Shown: positions 37,655 to 46,902 of the stretch, one piece after another
How positions within the stretch are numbered: the stretch's first letter is position 1
Layout: every line of letters starts with the position of its first letter
Assembly: GCA_013697785.1 (NCBI GenBank)
Contig: JACCWE010000150.1
Coordinates: 2,474-66,473 of the forward strand
Length of the DNA: 64,000 nucleotides
Direction: 5' to 3'
Source of the DNA: Gemmatimonadaceae bacterium
GTDB lineage: Bacteria > Gemmatimonadota > Gemmatimonadetes > Gemmatimonadales > Gemmatimonadaceae
The notes under the pieces: model-generated
What the model was told of the DNA's origin: nothing
The model's input: only the letters and a program-made list of their open reading frames with translations
The model's database searches: none
Program-made: the position numbers and the translations under genes

Positions 37655-37736
37655 TCATCTCTTCATATGTTACCTCATGTGTAACTCATAACTTCATATT
37701 CAACATGATGTTGCACACGCTTAGTGTATAGTGCAA
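37655..37736. promoter_or_regulatory. AT-rich divergent intergenic segment with short repeats
   Basis: A locally low-GC stretch in a high-GC context. It carries the direct repeat TTCATAT twice (37662, 37693), GTTAC-N7-GTAAC, and TTGCAC-N14-GTGCAA (37711-37736). Confidence 0.3.
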
Positions 37737-37895
37737 AGCCCGCTTCGTCGGCCTCCAAAATCGCCATCGCATCGCGCGCCCGACTCTCGCGAGCGCTCGA
37801 TTCGCCCCCCATCGCGCGCCTCCGCCCCGCCCATTTCGATCAGCGCTCGCTGCTCACTCCTGTCCCGCGAACTCGACGCGTCGTACTTTCGCTTG

Positions 37896-38354
37896 ATGCA
37901 CTCAATCGCCCGCACTTTCGTCATCGCCTGCGTACTCGGCGCCTGCGCTCACCCGCGACATACCGGGCGCCGCGCCGAGTGGGTCGCTCCGCCCGGAATC
38001 GGCAAGCACCCGTTCTCCGAAGTCGTCAAAGTCGGTCGGATGCTCTACCTCTCCGGACAGCTCGGAACCGACAGTACCGGAACTCTCGCGAGCGGCGGGA
38101 TCAAGGGCGAGACACGGCAGGCGCTCGAGAACATCAAGCGCGTCCTCGCCGCCAACGGTTCGTCGATGGACGACGTTGTGAAGTGCACCGCCATGCTCGC
38201 CGACATCAAGGAGTGGGCGGGGATGAACGAGGTCTACGTCACCTACTTCCCGAAACACCTCCCCGCCCGCAGCGCATTCGCTACCAACGGCCTCGTGCTC
38301 GGTGGGCGCATCGAGCTGGAGTGCATGGCCACCCGCACCGAGGACACGAAATGA
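37896..38354 (+). CDS. RidA/YjgF family protein with a lipoprotein signal peptide
   Basis: ATG 37896 gives MHSIARTFVIACVLGAC (lipobox). RidA-like core GRMLYLSGQLG...ALENIKRVLAANGSSMDDVVKCTAML...PARSAF. Confidence 0.8.
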   Translation: MHSIARTFVIACVLGACAHPRHTGRRAEWVAPPGIGKHPFSEVVKVGRMLYLSGQLGTDSTGTLASGGIKGETRQALENIKRVLAANGSSMDDVVKCTAMLADIKEWAGMNEVYVTYFPKHLPARSAFATNGLVLGGRIELECMATRTEDTK

Positions 38355-39778
38355 GGATGTCGATTCGAGCGTTTGCCTCCGCCGCGTGGCTGACCGGTCT
38401 GCTTCTCGCGCCAGTCGTGGCGCGCGCACAGTCGATGACGCTCACGCCCGACCAACAAGCGCTCCACGACATCTACAAGGAGCTGATCGAGACCAATACC
38501 GAGGACTCGGCCGGCGTCGGCAGTGTGACCAAGGCGGCCGAGCAGATCGCGGCGCGTTTTCGCGCGGCGGGATATCCGGAGTCCGACATCAAGCTGCTCG
38601 GCCCGACCGCGGACAAGCACGCGGTTGTCCTGCGCCTGCACGGCACCGGCGCCAGGAAGCCGTTGCTGCTGCTCGCGCATCTCGACGTCGTCATGGCACT
38701 TCCGACAGACTGGACGACGGACCCCTTCAAGCTGGTGGAGAAGGACGGCTACTTCTACGGACGTGGCTCGATCGACGACAAGGCGATGGCATCGATCTTC
38801 GTCGCCAACATGATCCGGTACAAGAAAGAGGGCTTCGTTCCCGATCGAGACATCATCCTCGCGCTCACGCCGGACGAGGAGAAGTCGGGACGTTTGGGCG
38901 CCGACTGGCTGGTGAAGAATCACAAGGAGCTGATCGACGCAGCGTACGCGATCAATGAGGGCGGCGGCGGATCGCTCAAGAATGGAAAGCCGTTTCTTCA
39001 GGCCGTGCAGGCGACGGAGAAGGCGTTCACGAACTTCACATTGACTGCGAAGAACCCGGGTGGACACTCGTCCGTCCCGCGTCCGGACAACGCGATCTAT
39101 CAGTTGGCGAACGGTCTCGTGCGCTTCGAGAAGTTCAAATTCCCGGTGCAGCTGAACGAGGTCACGCGCGCGTTCTTCGAGGGCACGGCCGCGATCGAGA
39201 CGCCCGCGACCGCCGCCGCGATGCGTGCGATCCTCAAGAATCCGAACGACGCCGCGGCATCAGCAACGCTGTCGAAGGATCCGCGCTACAATTCCATTCT
39301 GCGCACGACGTGCGTCGCGACGCGGTTGAGCGGCGGCCACGCGGACAACGCGTTGCCGCAGACGGCGACCGCGCTCATCAACTGCCGCGTCTTCCCGAAC
39401 GTGCCGCTCGACTCGGTGCGGAACGCGATCATCAGGGTGCTCGCCGATACGGGGATTACGGTATCGCCGTCGGAAGAGATGGCGCCGACATCGCCCTCGC
39501 CTCTCACGGCGGAGCTGCTCGATCCGATCAAGACGCTGACGGGGCGCATGTTCAACGGCGTGCCGGTGATCCCGTTCATGTCGACGGGTGCAACCGACGG
39601 GCGCTATCTCCGTGAGGGTGGAATCCCAACGTACGGCGTGTCCGGGCTGTTCGTGGAGCCGTCGGACGTTCGCGCGCACGGGAAGGACGAGCGCGTGCTG
39701 CAGAAGTCGTTGTACGACTCGCAGGCGTTTCTCTACGAGCTCGTGAAGATGCTGTCGACGGAGAAGCCGAAGGTCTAG
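38351..39778 (+). CDS. Secreted M20/M25/M40 family metallopeptidase
   Basis: ATG 38351 overlaps the RidA stop (ATGA). Signal peptide MRMSIRAFASAAWLTGLLLAPVVARA. Motifs LLLLAHLDVV and GRGSIDDKAM. Confidence 0.85.
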   Translation: MRMSIRAFASAAWLTGLLLAPVVARAQSMTLTPDQQALHDIYKELIETNTEDSAGVGSVTKAAEQIAARFRAAGYPESDIKLLGPTADKHAVVLRLHGTGARKPLLLLAHLDVVMALPTDWTTDPFKLVEKDGYFYGRGSIDDKAMASIFVANMIRYKKEGFVPDRDIILALTPDEEKSGRLGADWLVKNHKELIDAAYAINEGGGGSLKNGKPFLQAVQATEKAFTNFTLTAKNPGGHSSVPRPDNAIYQLANGLVRFEKFKFPVQLNEVTRAFFEGTAAIETPATAAAMRAILKNPNDAAASATLSKDPRYNSILRTTCVATRLSGGHADNALPQTATALINCRVFPNVPLDSVRNAIIRVLADTGITVSPSEEMAPTSPSPLTAELLDPIKTLTGRMFNGVPVIPFMSTGATDGRYLREGGIPTYGVSGLFVEPSDVRAHGKDERVLQKSLYDSQAFLYELVKMLSTEKPKV

Positions 39779-39802
39779 GGGCCGCCGCAGGGCGCCCTTC
39801 GG

Positions 39803-41287
39803 CTAGGCGCGAGGGAGCGACAGGATGAACGTGCTCCCCACGCCGAGCCGGCTCTCGACGGTGAGGTCGCCATGCATTCCGCGGGCGAGATCACGACTGA
39901 TCGCAAGGCCGAGCCCGGTACCTTCCTTCGTCCGCGTGAGCGCGGCGTCGAGCTGCACGAACGGCTGAAACACTCGATCGATCTGGTGGGGCGCGATTCC
40001 CCTGCCGGTGTCCTCGACATGCGTGACGATGCGTTCGTCGACGGGGGTGCAGCTCAAGGTTATCGTTCCGCCCGCGTCCGTGAACTTGACGGCATTGCTC
40101 AGCAGGTTGAGCAGGATTTGCTGCGTCTTTTCGCGATCGCACATCGCAAGGAGATCGGCATCGCATCCGATGAGATTGAACGCGAGCTCCTTGCTACGAA
40201 GCTGCGGCACGATGAGCGCCTCGCACGTCGACATCACCTCGGCGATCGACACGCGCTCCACCTCGTACTCGATGACTCCAGCATCGACCTTCGCAAAATT
40301 CAGGATGCCGTTGATGAGACCGAGCAGGTGTCGCTGGCTCCGCTGAATGCGCTGTAGAGAGGCTGTCTGATCCGGAGTGACGGGGCCGTGCAATCCCATT
40401 TCGATCAGCTCCGCATATCCACCGATCGCATTGAGCGGTGTGCGAAGCTCGTGGCTCATTACGGTGAGGAACTCCGCCTTGCTCCGGTTCGCCTGCTCCG
40501 CGGCGGCGCGAGCTTGCAGCCCTGCCTCGTAGTTTCTCGCGTTGGAGATAACGAGCGAAATTCCCTTGGCGGCTGTGCCGAACGATTCGAAGTCTTCCGG
40601 CGTCAGCGTCTCGCGCGCGAACATCGCGATTACGCCGACGACGCGATCCGCCACGATGAGCGGATAGCCGGCGAAGGCGATCATCCCCTCCGCCTTCGCC
40701 CATTCCTGACTCGGCACGCGCGGGTCCCCAATCACCGAATTCGTGACGTGCGCCTTCTTCTCGGCGGCGATCGTACCGATCTTGAACTGCCCGATCGGCA
40801 CGCGACCGTGGGGTCCGTTCAGGTGCGTGTAACATCCCGCACTCGCGACGAGAATGAGAACCGGCTCCGATTGATCCACGAGCCACACTCGTGCGAATGC
40901 CGCGCGGAGGTGGTCGATCGCCGCCTGGCAGCATCGCTGCAGGGCAACAGGCAGCGAAGTGTCGGCGATGATCGCGTTGCCGATCTCTCCTGCGAATCGC
41001 GCGTGACGCGCGACCATCTCCAATTCGACGACTCGCTGCTCGAGCTCGAACGTCGTGGCCTGCAGCTCTTCCGTCTGCGCCTCGAGCTCGAGGGAGGTGG
41101 CCTGGAGCTCTTCAGTCTGCGCCTCGAGCTCGGTCGCCAGCTCCTGGAGCTGCTGGTTTGCGAGCTCGAGCTCACTTTCGGAACGACCCGGCAGCGGCAC
41201 CTCACGCTCCAAGGGGGGGCGTCCGGGAGATGAGGGGTTCGGCGACGAAGCGGGTAGTGGAGTGGGCTGTGCAGCGGACGAGCTCAT
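39803..41287 (-). CDS. Cytoplasmic sensor histidine kinase (coiled coil, GAF, HisKA, HATPase_c)
   Basis: H-box SHELRTPLNAI, N-box LLNLLSNAVKF, and G-boxes DTGRGI and GTGLGLAI. A GAF-like region and an N-terminal coiled coil containing a 14-aa tandem repeat are also present. Confidence 0.85.
   Translation of the reverse strand: MSSSAAQPTPLPASSPNPSSPGRPPLEREVPLPGRSESELELANQQLQELATELEAQTEELQATSLELEAQTEELQATTFELEQRVVELEMVARHARFAGEIGNAIIADTSLPVALQRCCQAAIDHLRAAFARVWLVDQSEPVLILVASAGCYTHLNGPHGRVPIGQFKIGTIAAEKKAHVTNSVIGDPRVPSQEWAKAEGMIAFAGYPLIVADRVVGVIAMFARETLTPEDFESFGTAAKGISLVISNARNYEAGLQARAAAEQANRSKAEFLTVMSHELRTPLNAIGGYAELIEMGLHGPVTPDQTASLQRIQRSQRHLLGLINGILNFAKVDAGVIEYEVERVSIAEVMSTCEALIVPQLRSKELAFNLIGCDADLLAMCDREKTQQILLNLLSNAVKFTDAGGTITLSCTPVDERIVTHVEDTGRGIAPHQIDRVFQPFVQLDAALTRTKEGTGLGLAISRDLARGMHGDLTVESRLGVGSTFILSLPRA
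41055..41138 (-). repeat. 2 x 42-nt in-frame tandem repeat inside the kinase coiled coil
   Basis: GTGGCCTGCAGCTCTTCCGTCTGCGCCTCGAGCTCGA (from 41055) and GTGGCCTGGAGCTCTTCAGTCTGCGCCTCGAGCTCGG (from 41097). They encode LEAQTEELQATSLE and LEAQTEELQATTFE. Confidence 0.8.
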
Positions 41288-41400
41288 AACCGCCTACCAC
41301 TGCAAACGATGCGCCCGCGCGAAGCACCCCCGTTGTGCAAGCGGGAGGCACAGAACTTTCCGATCCAAGTGCGAGGTCGTTGTCGCGAGGACCTTCATCG

Positions 41401-42843
41401 TCACGCCATGGGGTCAAGGTGGGCGCTGCGCCGGCGCGCGGCGACGAGAATGCCGACGCCCACCAGATTGGCTGCCAACACGGTCAGCGTGATCTTTACC
41501 GCGAATATCGACGCACTCTCGACCTTGATGATGGGAAACACCGACAGCAAGACATAGAGCACCGTCATTGCGAGTCCGGACGCCGACGCCACCTTGAGCC
41601 AGGGCGCGGGGCGCGGTGAGACGCCGCGCAAGCCGAAGAGGGGGATCGCGAACATCACGACATACGTGAGCGCGTAGAAAATCCCTGAGGCATTGAACAG
41701 CAGCTGGAAGGCCTCCGCCTGCCCCACGCCGATGAGGCTGAGGAGCGCGATCGCGAACGCGCAGATGCCGACGAGCACGATCGAATTGACCGGCGTGCGA
41801 TACGTCGCGTGGAGGCGGCTGAACCAGTCGGGGAGGAGACGATCCCACCCCGCAACCATCGGCAGACGGGCGACAGCGGTGAAGGCGACGTTCGTCTGTG
41901 CCACACGCATCGCGAGTGTCATCAGGATGGCGACGGTGGCGAGCTTCGCTGCGATGCCGAAGGGCCCAAAGCCGACGCGCAGCACCTGCGGCAGCGGCCC
42001 GACGAGATCTATTTCGTTGACTGGAATGTACGCGACGACAGTGCTCGTCCCGAGCACGAACATGAGCGCGATGATCGGCGCGGCGATGAGCACAGAGCGG
42101 CGCACCGCTCGCGCGGGTGATCTGGTCTCGCCGGCGAGAATGGCGACGTACTCGAAGCCGCCGAGGGCGCCGAAGCCCATCTTGCCGAGGATGTTGAGAT
42201 TGAACAGCGAGAACGAGGGGATGCTCGTGCGCAGCGGATGATAGTCTCGAAGGTGACCGGTCGCGAGACCAATCACCGGTAGCACCAGCAGCGCACCGAA
42301 GACGATCAGCATCACGACTCCACCGGCGTTGTGCACCCACTTTCCAACCGCCAGCCCGAGAGTCGAGGCGATGATCATGAGTGTCATGAGAACCGCCGAC
42401 GCGAGCGCAACGAACCAGGTGCTCGTCGTGAGCCACGCTGCGCCCGGACCAAGCGCATACGAGAGATACGTCGCGCACTCCAGGCCGATCTCGGAGGTAT
42501 GCACGATGACGTAGAGCCAAAGATTCCACGCGAGCATGAAGCCGACCGTCTCGCTGAATCCCAGTTTGGCCCATTGGTACAGGCCGCCCTCCAGTGGAAT
42601 CAGGCGGCTCAGATACATCACGACGGCCGCCGACGGCAGATAGAAGAGCACGAGTGCGAGCACCCAGAACACGACGTGCGACGGCCCGAGCTTTCCGGCA
42701 ACGCCAATCCACGCGAGGCCGACGATGAACAGAATCTGGGTGAGCACGAGATCGCGAACGCCGAGCTCCTTCTTGAGCGAGGCGCTGTGCGACTCGACGC
42801 GCGCCTCGGCCTGTGCCAGCTGCGCTGATGACGACTCGTTCAT
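41401..42843 (-). CDS. APC family amino acid/polyamine permease
   Basis: ATG 42843 (MNESSSAQ...) overlaps the upstream M20 stop (ATGA). About 12 TM segments. The longer 634-aa ORF extension is Arg-rich and out of frame with the M20 gene. Confidence 0.85.
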   Translation of the reverse strand: MNESSSAQLAQAEARVESHSASLKKELGVRDLVLTQILFIVGLAWIGVAGKLGPSHVVFWVLALVLFYLPSAAVVMYLSRLIPLEGGLYQWAKLGFSETVGFMLAWNLWLYVIVHTSEIGLECATYLSYALGPGAAWLTTSTWFVALASAVLMTLMIIASTLGLAVGKWVHNAGGVVMLIVFGALLVLPVIGLATGHLRDYHPLRTSIPSFSLFNLNILGKMGFGALGGFEYVAILAGETRSPARAVRRSVLIAAPIIALMFVLGTSTVVAYIPVNEIDLVGPLPQVLRVGFGPFGIAAKLATVAILMTLAMRVAQTNVAFTAVARLPMVAGWDRLLPDWFSRLHATYRTPVNSIVLVGICAFAIALLSLIGVGQAEAFQLLFNASGIFYALTYVVMFAIPLFGLRGVSPRPAPWLKVASASGLAMTVLYVLLSVFPIIKVESASIFAVKITLTVLAANLVGVGILVAARRRSAHLDPMA

Positions 42844-44225
42844 GGCCGCAGCTCGCCGAGCCGCTGCCAATAACGCGCCCAGGCCTCGAGTCCCTCGTGC
42901 AGCCGATGCACGCGGAAGAATTCGTTCGGCGCGTGATAATCCTCGTCCGCAGTGGAAAACGAGAAGAAGACGGTGTCGATCCCCATGTGACGTCGAAAGA
43001 GCTCGGCGATCGGGATTGTGCCACCCATGCGAACGATCAGTGGGCGCACGCCATACACCTCGTGAAGCGCCGCAGCGGCGGCGGCGAGCGCGATGTGATC
43101 CGTCGCGATGTGCGCCGCGCGGGCACCGTGTGGATCGGCGGTGACCGACACTCGTGTGCCGGGCGACACATGCGTCTCGAGATGCCGCGCGACGAGTGCG
43201 ACGATCTCGTCGGGATCCTGGTCGGGCACGAGACGGAAGGTGAGCTTCGCGTGCGCCTCGCTGGGGATGACGGTCTTCGATCCCGGCCCCTCGTAGCCTC
43301 CCCACATTCCGTTCACCTCAAGCGTCGGTCGCGTCCACTGGCGCTCGAGTGTCGTATAGCCCACCTCGCCGGCCACGTCGGGCGCGCCAACCTGCGCGAG
43401 GTACGCCGCCTCGTCGAACGGCAACGCCGCGAGATCCGCGCGCTCGTTGTTCGTGAGCTCGCACACGCGGTCGTAGAAACCCGCCACCGCCACGCGGCCC
43501 CCGTCATCATGCAGCGACGCCACGAGCCGCGCCATCGCGTGCAGCGGGTTCGCGACGCCGCCCCCGTGTCGTCCCGAATGCAGATCCTTCGAAGCACCCG
43601 TGACCGTGAGCTCAAGAGCAGCAAGTCCACGGCTCGACACTGTGAGCGAGGGCTCGCTGATCCGCCACATCGCGCCGTCCGCAGACAACACGACGTGAGC
43701 CGCGAGCAGCTCACTATTTTCACGGATGAAATCATCGAGGCTCGGACTGCCGATCTCCTCTTCCCCCTCGAAGATGAATTTGACGTTGAGCGGGAGTGCG
43801 CGCGCGATCTCGAAGAACGAGCGCGCCACCTCGATCGGGATGAGCATCGGCCCCTTGTCGTCCGACACGCCGCGCGCGTACAGGCGCCCCTCGCGCAGCG
43901 TCGGAGTGAACGGTGCGCTCGTCCACTTCTCGAGTGGATCTGCTGGCTGCACATCGTAGTGCCCGTAAACGAGCACCGTCAGCTTCCCCTGCGCTCCCAG
44001 CCACTCACCGTACACGATGGGATGTCCGGCAGTCTCGATCGTACGCACCGACAGCGGCCCTGCCGCAGCGAGCGCGCGGGAGACCCACTGCGCCGCCGCG
44101 CGCACGTCGGCAGCGTGCGCGGGATTCGTGCTCACGCTCGGGATCGTGGCGAAGTCGACCAGTTCCCGCAGGATCCGATCGTGCTGCCCCGCGAGATGCG
44201 CAATCACGGATTCGATCGCCGTCAC
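42840..44225 (-). CDS. M20 family dipeptidase/deacylase (cytoplasmic)
   Basis: GTG 44225 overlaps the SDR stop (GTGA). Motifs VLVYGHYDVQPA, ARGVSDDKGP and FEGEEEIGSP. 461 aa. Confidence 0.85.
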   Translation of the reverse strand: MTAIESVIAHLAGQHDRILRELVDFATIPSVSTNPAHAADVRAAAQWVSRALAAAGPLSVRTIETAGHPIVYGEWLGAQGKLTVLVYGHYDVQPADPLEKWTSAPFTPTLREGRLYARGVSDDKGPMLIPIEVARSFFEIARALPLNVKFIFEGEEEIGSPSLDDFIRENSELLAAHVVLSADGAMWRISEPSLTVSSRGLAALELTVTGASKDLHSGRHGGGVANPLHAMARLVASLHDDGGRVAVAGFYDRVCELTNNERADLAALPFDEAAYLAQVGAPDVAGEVGYTTLERQWTRPTLEVNGMWGGYEGPGSKTVIPSEAHAKLTFRLVPDQDPDEIVALVARHLETHVSPGTRVSVTADPHGARAAHIATDHIALAAAAAALHEVYGVRPLIVRMGGTIPIAELFRRHMGIDTVFFSFSTADEDYHAPNEFFRVHRLHEGLEAWARYWQRLGELRP

Positions 44226-44989
44226 GTGCCGCCATCGATCGACAGCACCTGCCCTGTGATCCAGCCTGCCTCGTCCGAGGCGAAGAAAAGCACGCCATGC
44301 GTGATGTCGTGCACCGAGCCGAGACGCTTGAGGGCAATCTCCTCGACCAGCGCGCGCTGCCCCTCTTCGCCGTACGACTCCCACTGGCGCTCGGTACTCG
44401 CATTGGAGCGAACGAAGCCCGGCGCGACATTGTTGACCGTAATTCCCCACGGGCCCAACTCGTGCGCGAGCTGACGCGTGAGCCCGATCTGCGCTGCCTT
44501 CGCCGACGCGTACGCCTGAATACCCGTAAGGCTGACGCTGAGCCCCGCCCTGCTCGAGATGTTGATGATGCGGCCCGCGCGCGCCGCCTTCATTCCGGGC
44601 GCGACCGCCTGAGACAGATAGAACGCCGCTGTCACGTTTACATCGAAGATTCTCTGCCATTCTGCCGCCGACACTTGCTCGAGCGGACGCCCCGTCTGCC
44701 CGAGCACGCCACCGGCATTGTTCACGAGAATGTCGACACGCCCGGAGGCCGCCGACGCCTCGGCGACGAACGACTCGACTGCATGCTTGTCGGTCACGTC
44801 CACGACGCGCGCCAAACACTCGGCGCCCGCGATCTCGACCAGCCGACCCGTTTCCATGATTCCATCTTCGAGGAGATCGCACGCCCACACCCGCGCGCCG
44901 TTCCGCCCGAATGCCTCCGCGATTGCCCGGCCGAAGCCGTGAGCGGCGCCGGTGACGATGGCCGTCCTGCCATGAAAGTCCCGTGTCAT
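44222..44989 (-). CDS. SDR family oxidoreductase (FabG-like)
   Basis: TGAAHGFGRAIA (TGxxxGxG), NNAG, and catalytic YxxxK (YASAKAA). 255 aa. The start overlaps the stop of the upstream gene (ATGA). Confidence 0.9.
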   Translation of the reverse strand: MTRDFHGRTAIVTGAAHGFGRAIAEAFGRNGARVWACDLLEDGIMETGRLVEIAGAECLARVVDVTDKHAVESFVAEASAASGRVDILVNNAGGVLGQTGRPLEQVSAAEWQRIFDVNVTAAFYLSQAVAPGMKAARAGRIINISSRAGLSVSLTGIQAYASAKAAQIGLTRQLAHELGPWGITVNNVAPGFVRSNASTERQWESYGEEGQRALVEEIALKRLGSVHDITHGVLFFASDEAGWITGQVLSIDGGT

Positions 44990-46047
44990 GTGATGGACGT
45001 TGCGCGTGCGGTGGATGCGAGCGCGTCGAGCGTTTCGAGCGACAGCTCGCGCGTTCCGTTCTCGATCTCGTGAATCAGCTCGACGAGGCGAGCTGTGAGC
45101 GGGGCGGCCACACCCGCCTCCTCACCGATCTGCACGATGATCCCGAGCTGCGCATCGACTTCGGTACGTCGCTTCCGCACGGCAAGGTCTCGCCAGATGC
45201 CACTGTGCGTCTTGATCGAGCGGCGGTTGTGCGTCACGAGCTCATCGAGCGACTGCGCGGCGTCGCCGGCGGGCGCGTTGGGGAGATACGACGCCGGATC
45301 GAAACCGTCGAATCCCTCGGGAGTGACGCCGCGTGCCTTCGCCACGGCCAGGATCTCTCTCGCCAGGGCGATGAACAGCGTGCGATAGTTGGGATTCGCG
45401 AGCGTGTCGGCGATTGATTCGTTCGTGAGCGCCGTCGCGAAGAGCATCGCGCCATACGCCTCCTTGCCCCACAGATAGCCCCAGATGTTCTGGGTCACGA
45501 TCGCGCGTTCATCGAGCGCGGCCCACGCCTTGCGGATCTCCTCCACGCGCGGCGTGATGCGGCCGTCCACTTCTCCGACTACCACGGCGCCGCGCCCGCC
45601 GTAAAGAATCACGCCGGGCTCGAGGTAGTCCGCGCCGAAGTTCACGAAGGCTCCGACAGTTCGTGCTTCCCCGACGATCTCCGCGATCGTGAGCTCGTTC
45701 AGACCATTCTGCGCCGAGATGACACAGCCGGTTGCGGTGAGATGTGATGTGAGTGCGCGCGCAGCAGCCGCGGTGTGGTGCGCCTTTGTCGCGAGCACGA
45801 TCGTATCCCATTCGCCCGTCAGCGTATCGGGAGAAAATGCCGGCGCGTGTGCGGTAAACTCGGCGATCGGCCCTGTGATTCGCAATCCCGCGCGATCGAT
45901 CGCCGCCACGTGCTCGGCGGCGTTGTCGACGAACGTGACGTCATGGCCCGCCCGTGCGAGATGAGCGCCAAGAGTTCCGCCAATCGCGCCCGCACCCCAG
46001 ATGAGCGTTCGCGGTCCGGGTTGCGTCACGCGATTGCGTCTCCCCAT
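44986..46047 (-). CDS. 2-dehydropantoate 2-reductase (PanE/ApbA) family oxidoreductase
   Basis: N-terminal Rossmann motif IWGAGAIGGTLGAHLARAG. A C-terminal ApbA_C-like helical domain is present. The start overlaps the creatininase-family gene by 22 nt. Confidence 0.8.
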   Translation of the reverse strand: MGRRNRVTQPGPRTLIWGAGAIGGTLGAHLARAGHDVTFVDNAAEHVAAIDRAGLRITGPIAEFTAHAPAFSPDTLTGEWDTIVLATKAHHTAAAARALTSHLTATGCVISAQNGLNELTIAEIVGEARTVGAFVNFGADYLEPGVILYGGRGAVVVGEVDGRITPRVEEIRKAWAALDERAIVTQNIWGYLWGKEAYGAMLFATALTNESIADTLANPNYRTLFIALAREILAVAKARGVTPEGFDGFDPASYLPNAPAGDAAQSLDELVTHNRRSIKTHSGIWRDLAVRKRRTEVDAQLGIIVQIGEEAGVAAPLTARLVELIHEIENGTRELSLETLDALASTARATSIT

Positions 46048-46739
46048 GTGCCGTCGAGCACACTGCGAGTCTCCTCGACCGCAACTTTCCAGATCGCGAG
46101 CATGTCCTCGTCGGGACGCTGATGCAGGCCGCCGAAGTTGCCATCACCCAGGTAGTGGCGGAGTGCGGCGGGGTCGAGCGCACGTACGCGCTCCAGGTCC
46201 ACCATCGCACGCTGCGCAGAAGGCATCACGACATCGGGCAGCCGCGTCCACGGAAAGTTCTCCATCCATGAGCCATGCGAGGCGACGTCGTCGATTGATT
46301 GGACCTTTGCCCACGTGAGCGGCGCGTTCCACCAATTGTAGAAGATCACTTTGCACCTTGCGTTATCCGCGGCCCACTCCTGTGCGTACTGCTGGACCGC
46401 GCCGTTCCCGCCGTGTCCGTTGACGATCAGGATGCGATGAAAGCCGCTGTGCGCCATGCTGTCGAGAATGTCGCGTACTACATGGAGATGCGTCTCGACG
46501 CGGAGCGAAATCGAGCCCGGATAGGCACGGAAATACGGCGTGACTCCGTACGCGAGAACGGGGAAGACGGGAATTCCCAACGGCTCTGCTGCCTCGGCCG
46601 CCACTCGCTCCGGGAGAATGCAGTCCACTGTCAGACGCAGATGGCTGTGCTGCTCCGTGCTGCCGAGCGGCAGCACGGCGCGGTCGTCGCGCCCGAGGTA
46701 GTCCTCCACCTGCATCCAGTTCATGTCGCTGATGCGCAC
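46026..46739 (-). CDS. Creatininase family amidohydrolase
   Basis: AVLPLGSTEQHSHL and ILIVNGHGGN motifs. 237 aa. Confidence 0.85.
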   Translation of the reverse strand: MRISDMNWMQVEDYLGRDDRAVLPLGSTEQHSHLRLTVDCILPERVAAEAAEPLGIPVFPVLAYGVTPYFRAYPGSISLRVETHLHVVRDILDSMAHSGFHRILIVNGHGGNGAVQQYAQEWAADNARCKVIFYNWWNAPLTWAKVQSIDDVASHGSWMENFPWTRLPDVVMPSAQRAMVDLERVRALDPAALRHYLGDGNFGGLHQRPDEDMLAIWKVAVEETRSVLDGTWGDAIA

Positions 46740-46902
46740 GGCGATTCCGCTCCATAGTCAGTTCACGCGAGAACATACTGGCTCGCGAGGTTGATGGGCA
46801 GGATCAAACCCTGGTTACTTGTGCGCTGGCGCCGCACGGCGGGAGCGCGCATCATCAAATGATGGACGAATCCTGCCTTCTCCGCCGCCCCCAGCCCTCA
46901 TC

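Noticed and set aside
37724-39778. 684-aa ORF, and the 207-aa ORF 37731..38354, taken at face value.
   Set aside because: The N-terminal parts are low-complexity Arg/Ser/Pro sequence crossing the AT-rich intergenic region. The real genes start at ATG 37896 (RidA with lipobox) and ATG 38351 (M20 with signal peptide).
41401-43305. 634-aa ORF with an Arg-rich N-terminal extension on the APC permease.
   Set aside because: The extension overlaps the M20 gene out of frame. ATG 42843 (MNESS...) overlaps the M20 stop and gives a normal-length permease.
42840-44888. 682-aa ORF read as a single large protein.
   Set aside because: Homology to M20 dipeptidases begins at GTG 44225 (VTAIESVIAHL...), which overlaps the stop of the upstream SDR gene. 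The N-terminal 220 residues are the out-of-frame shadow of that SDR gene.
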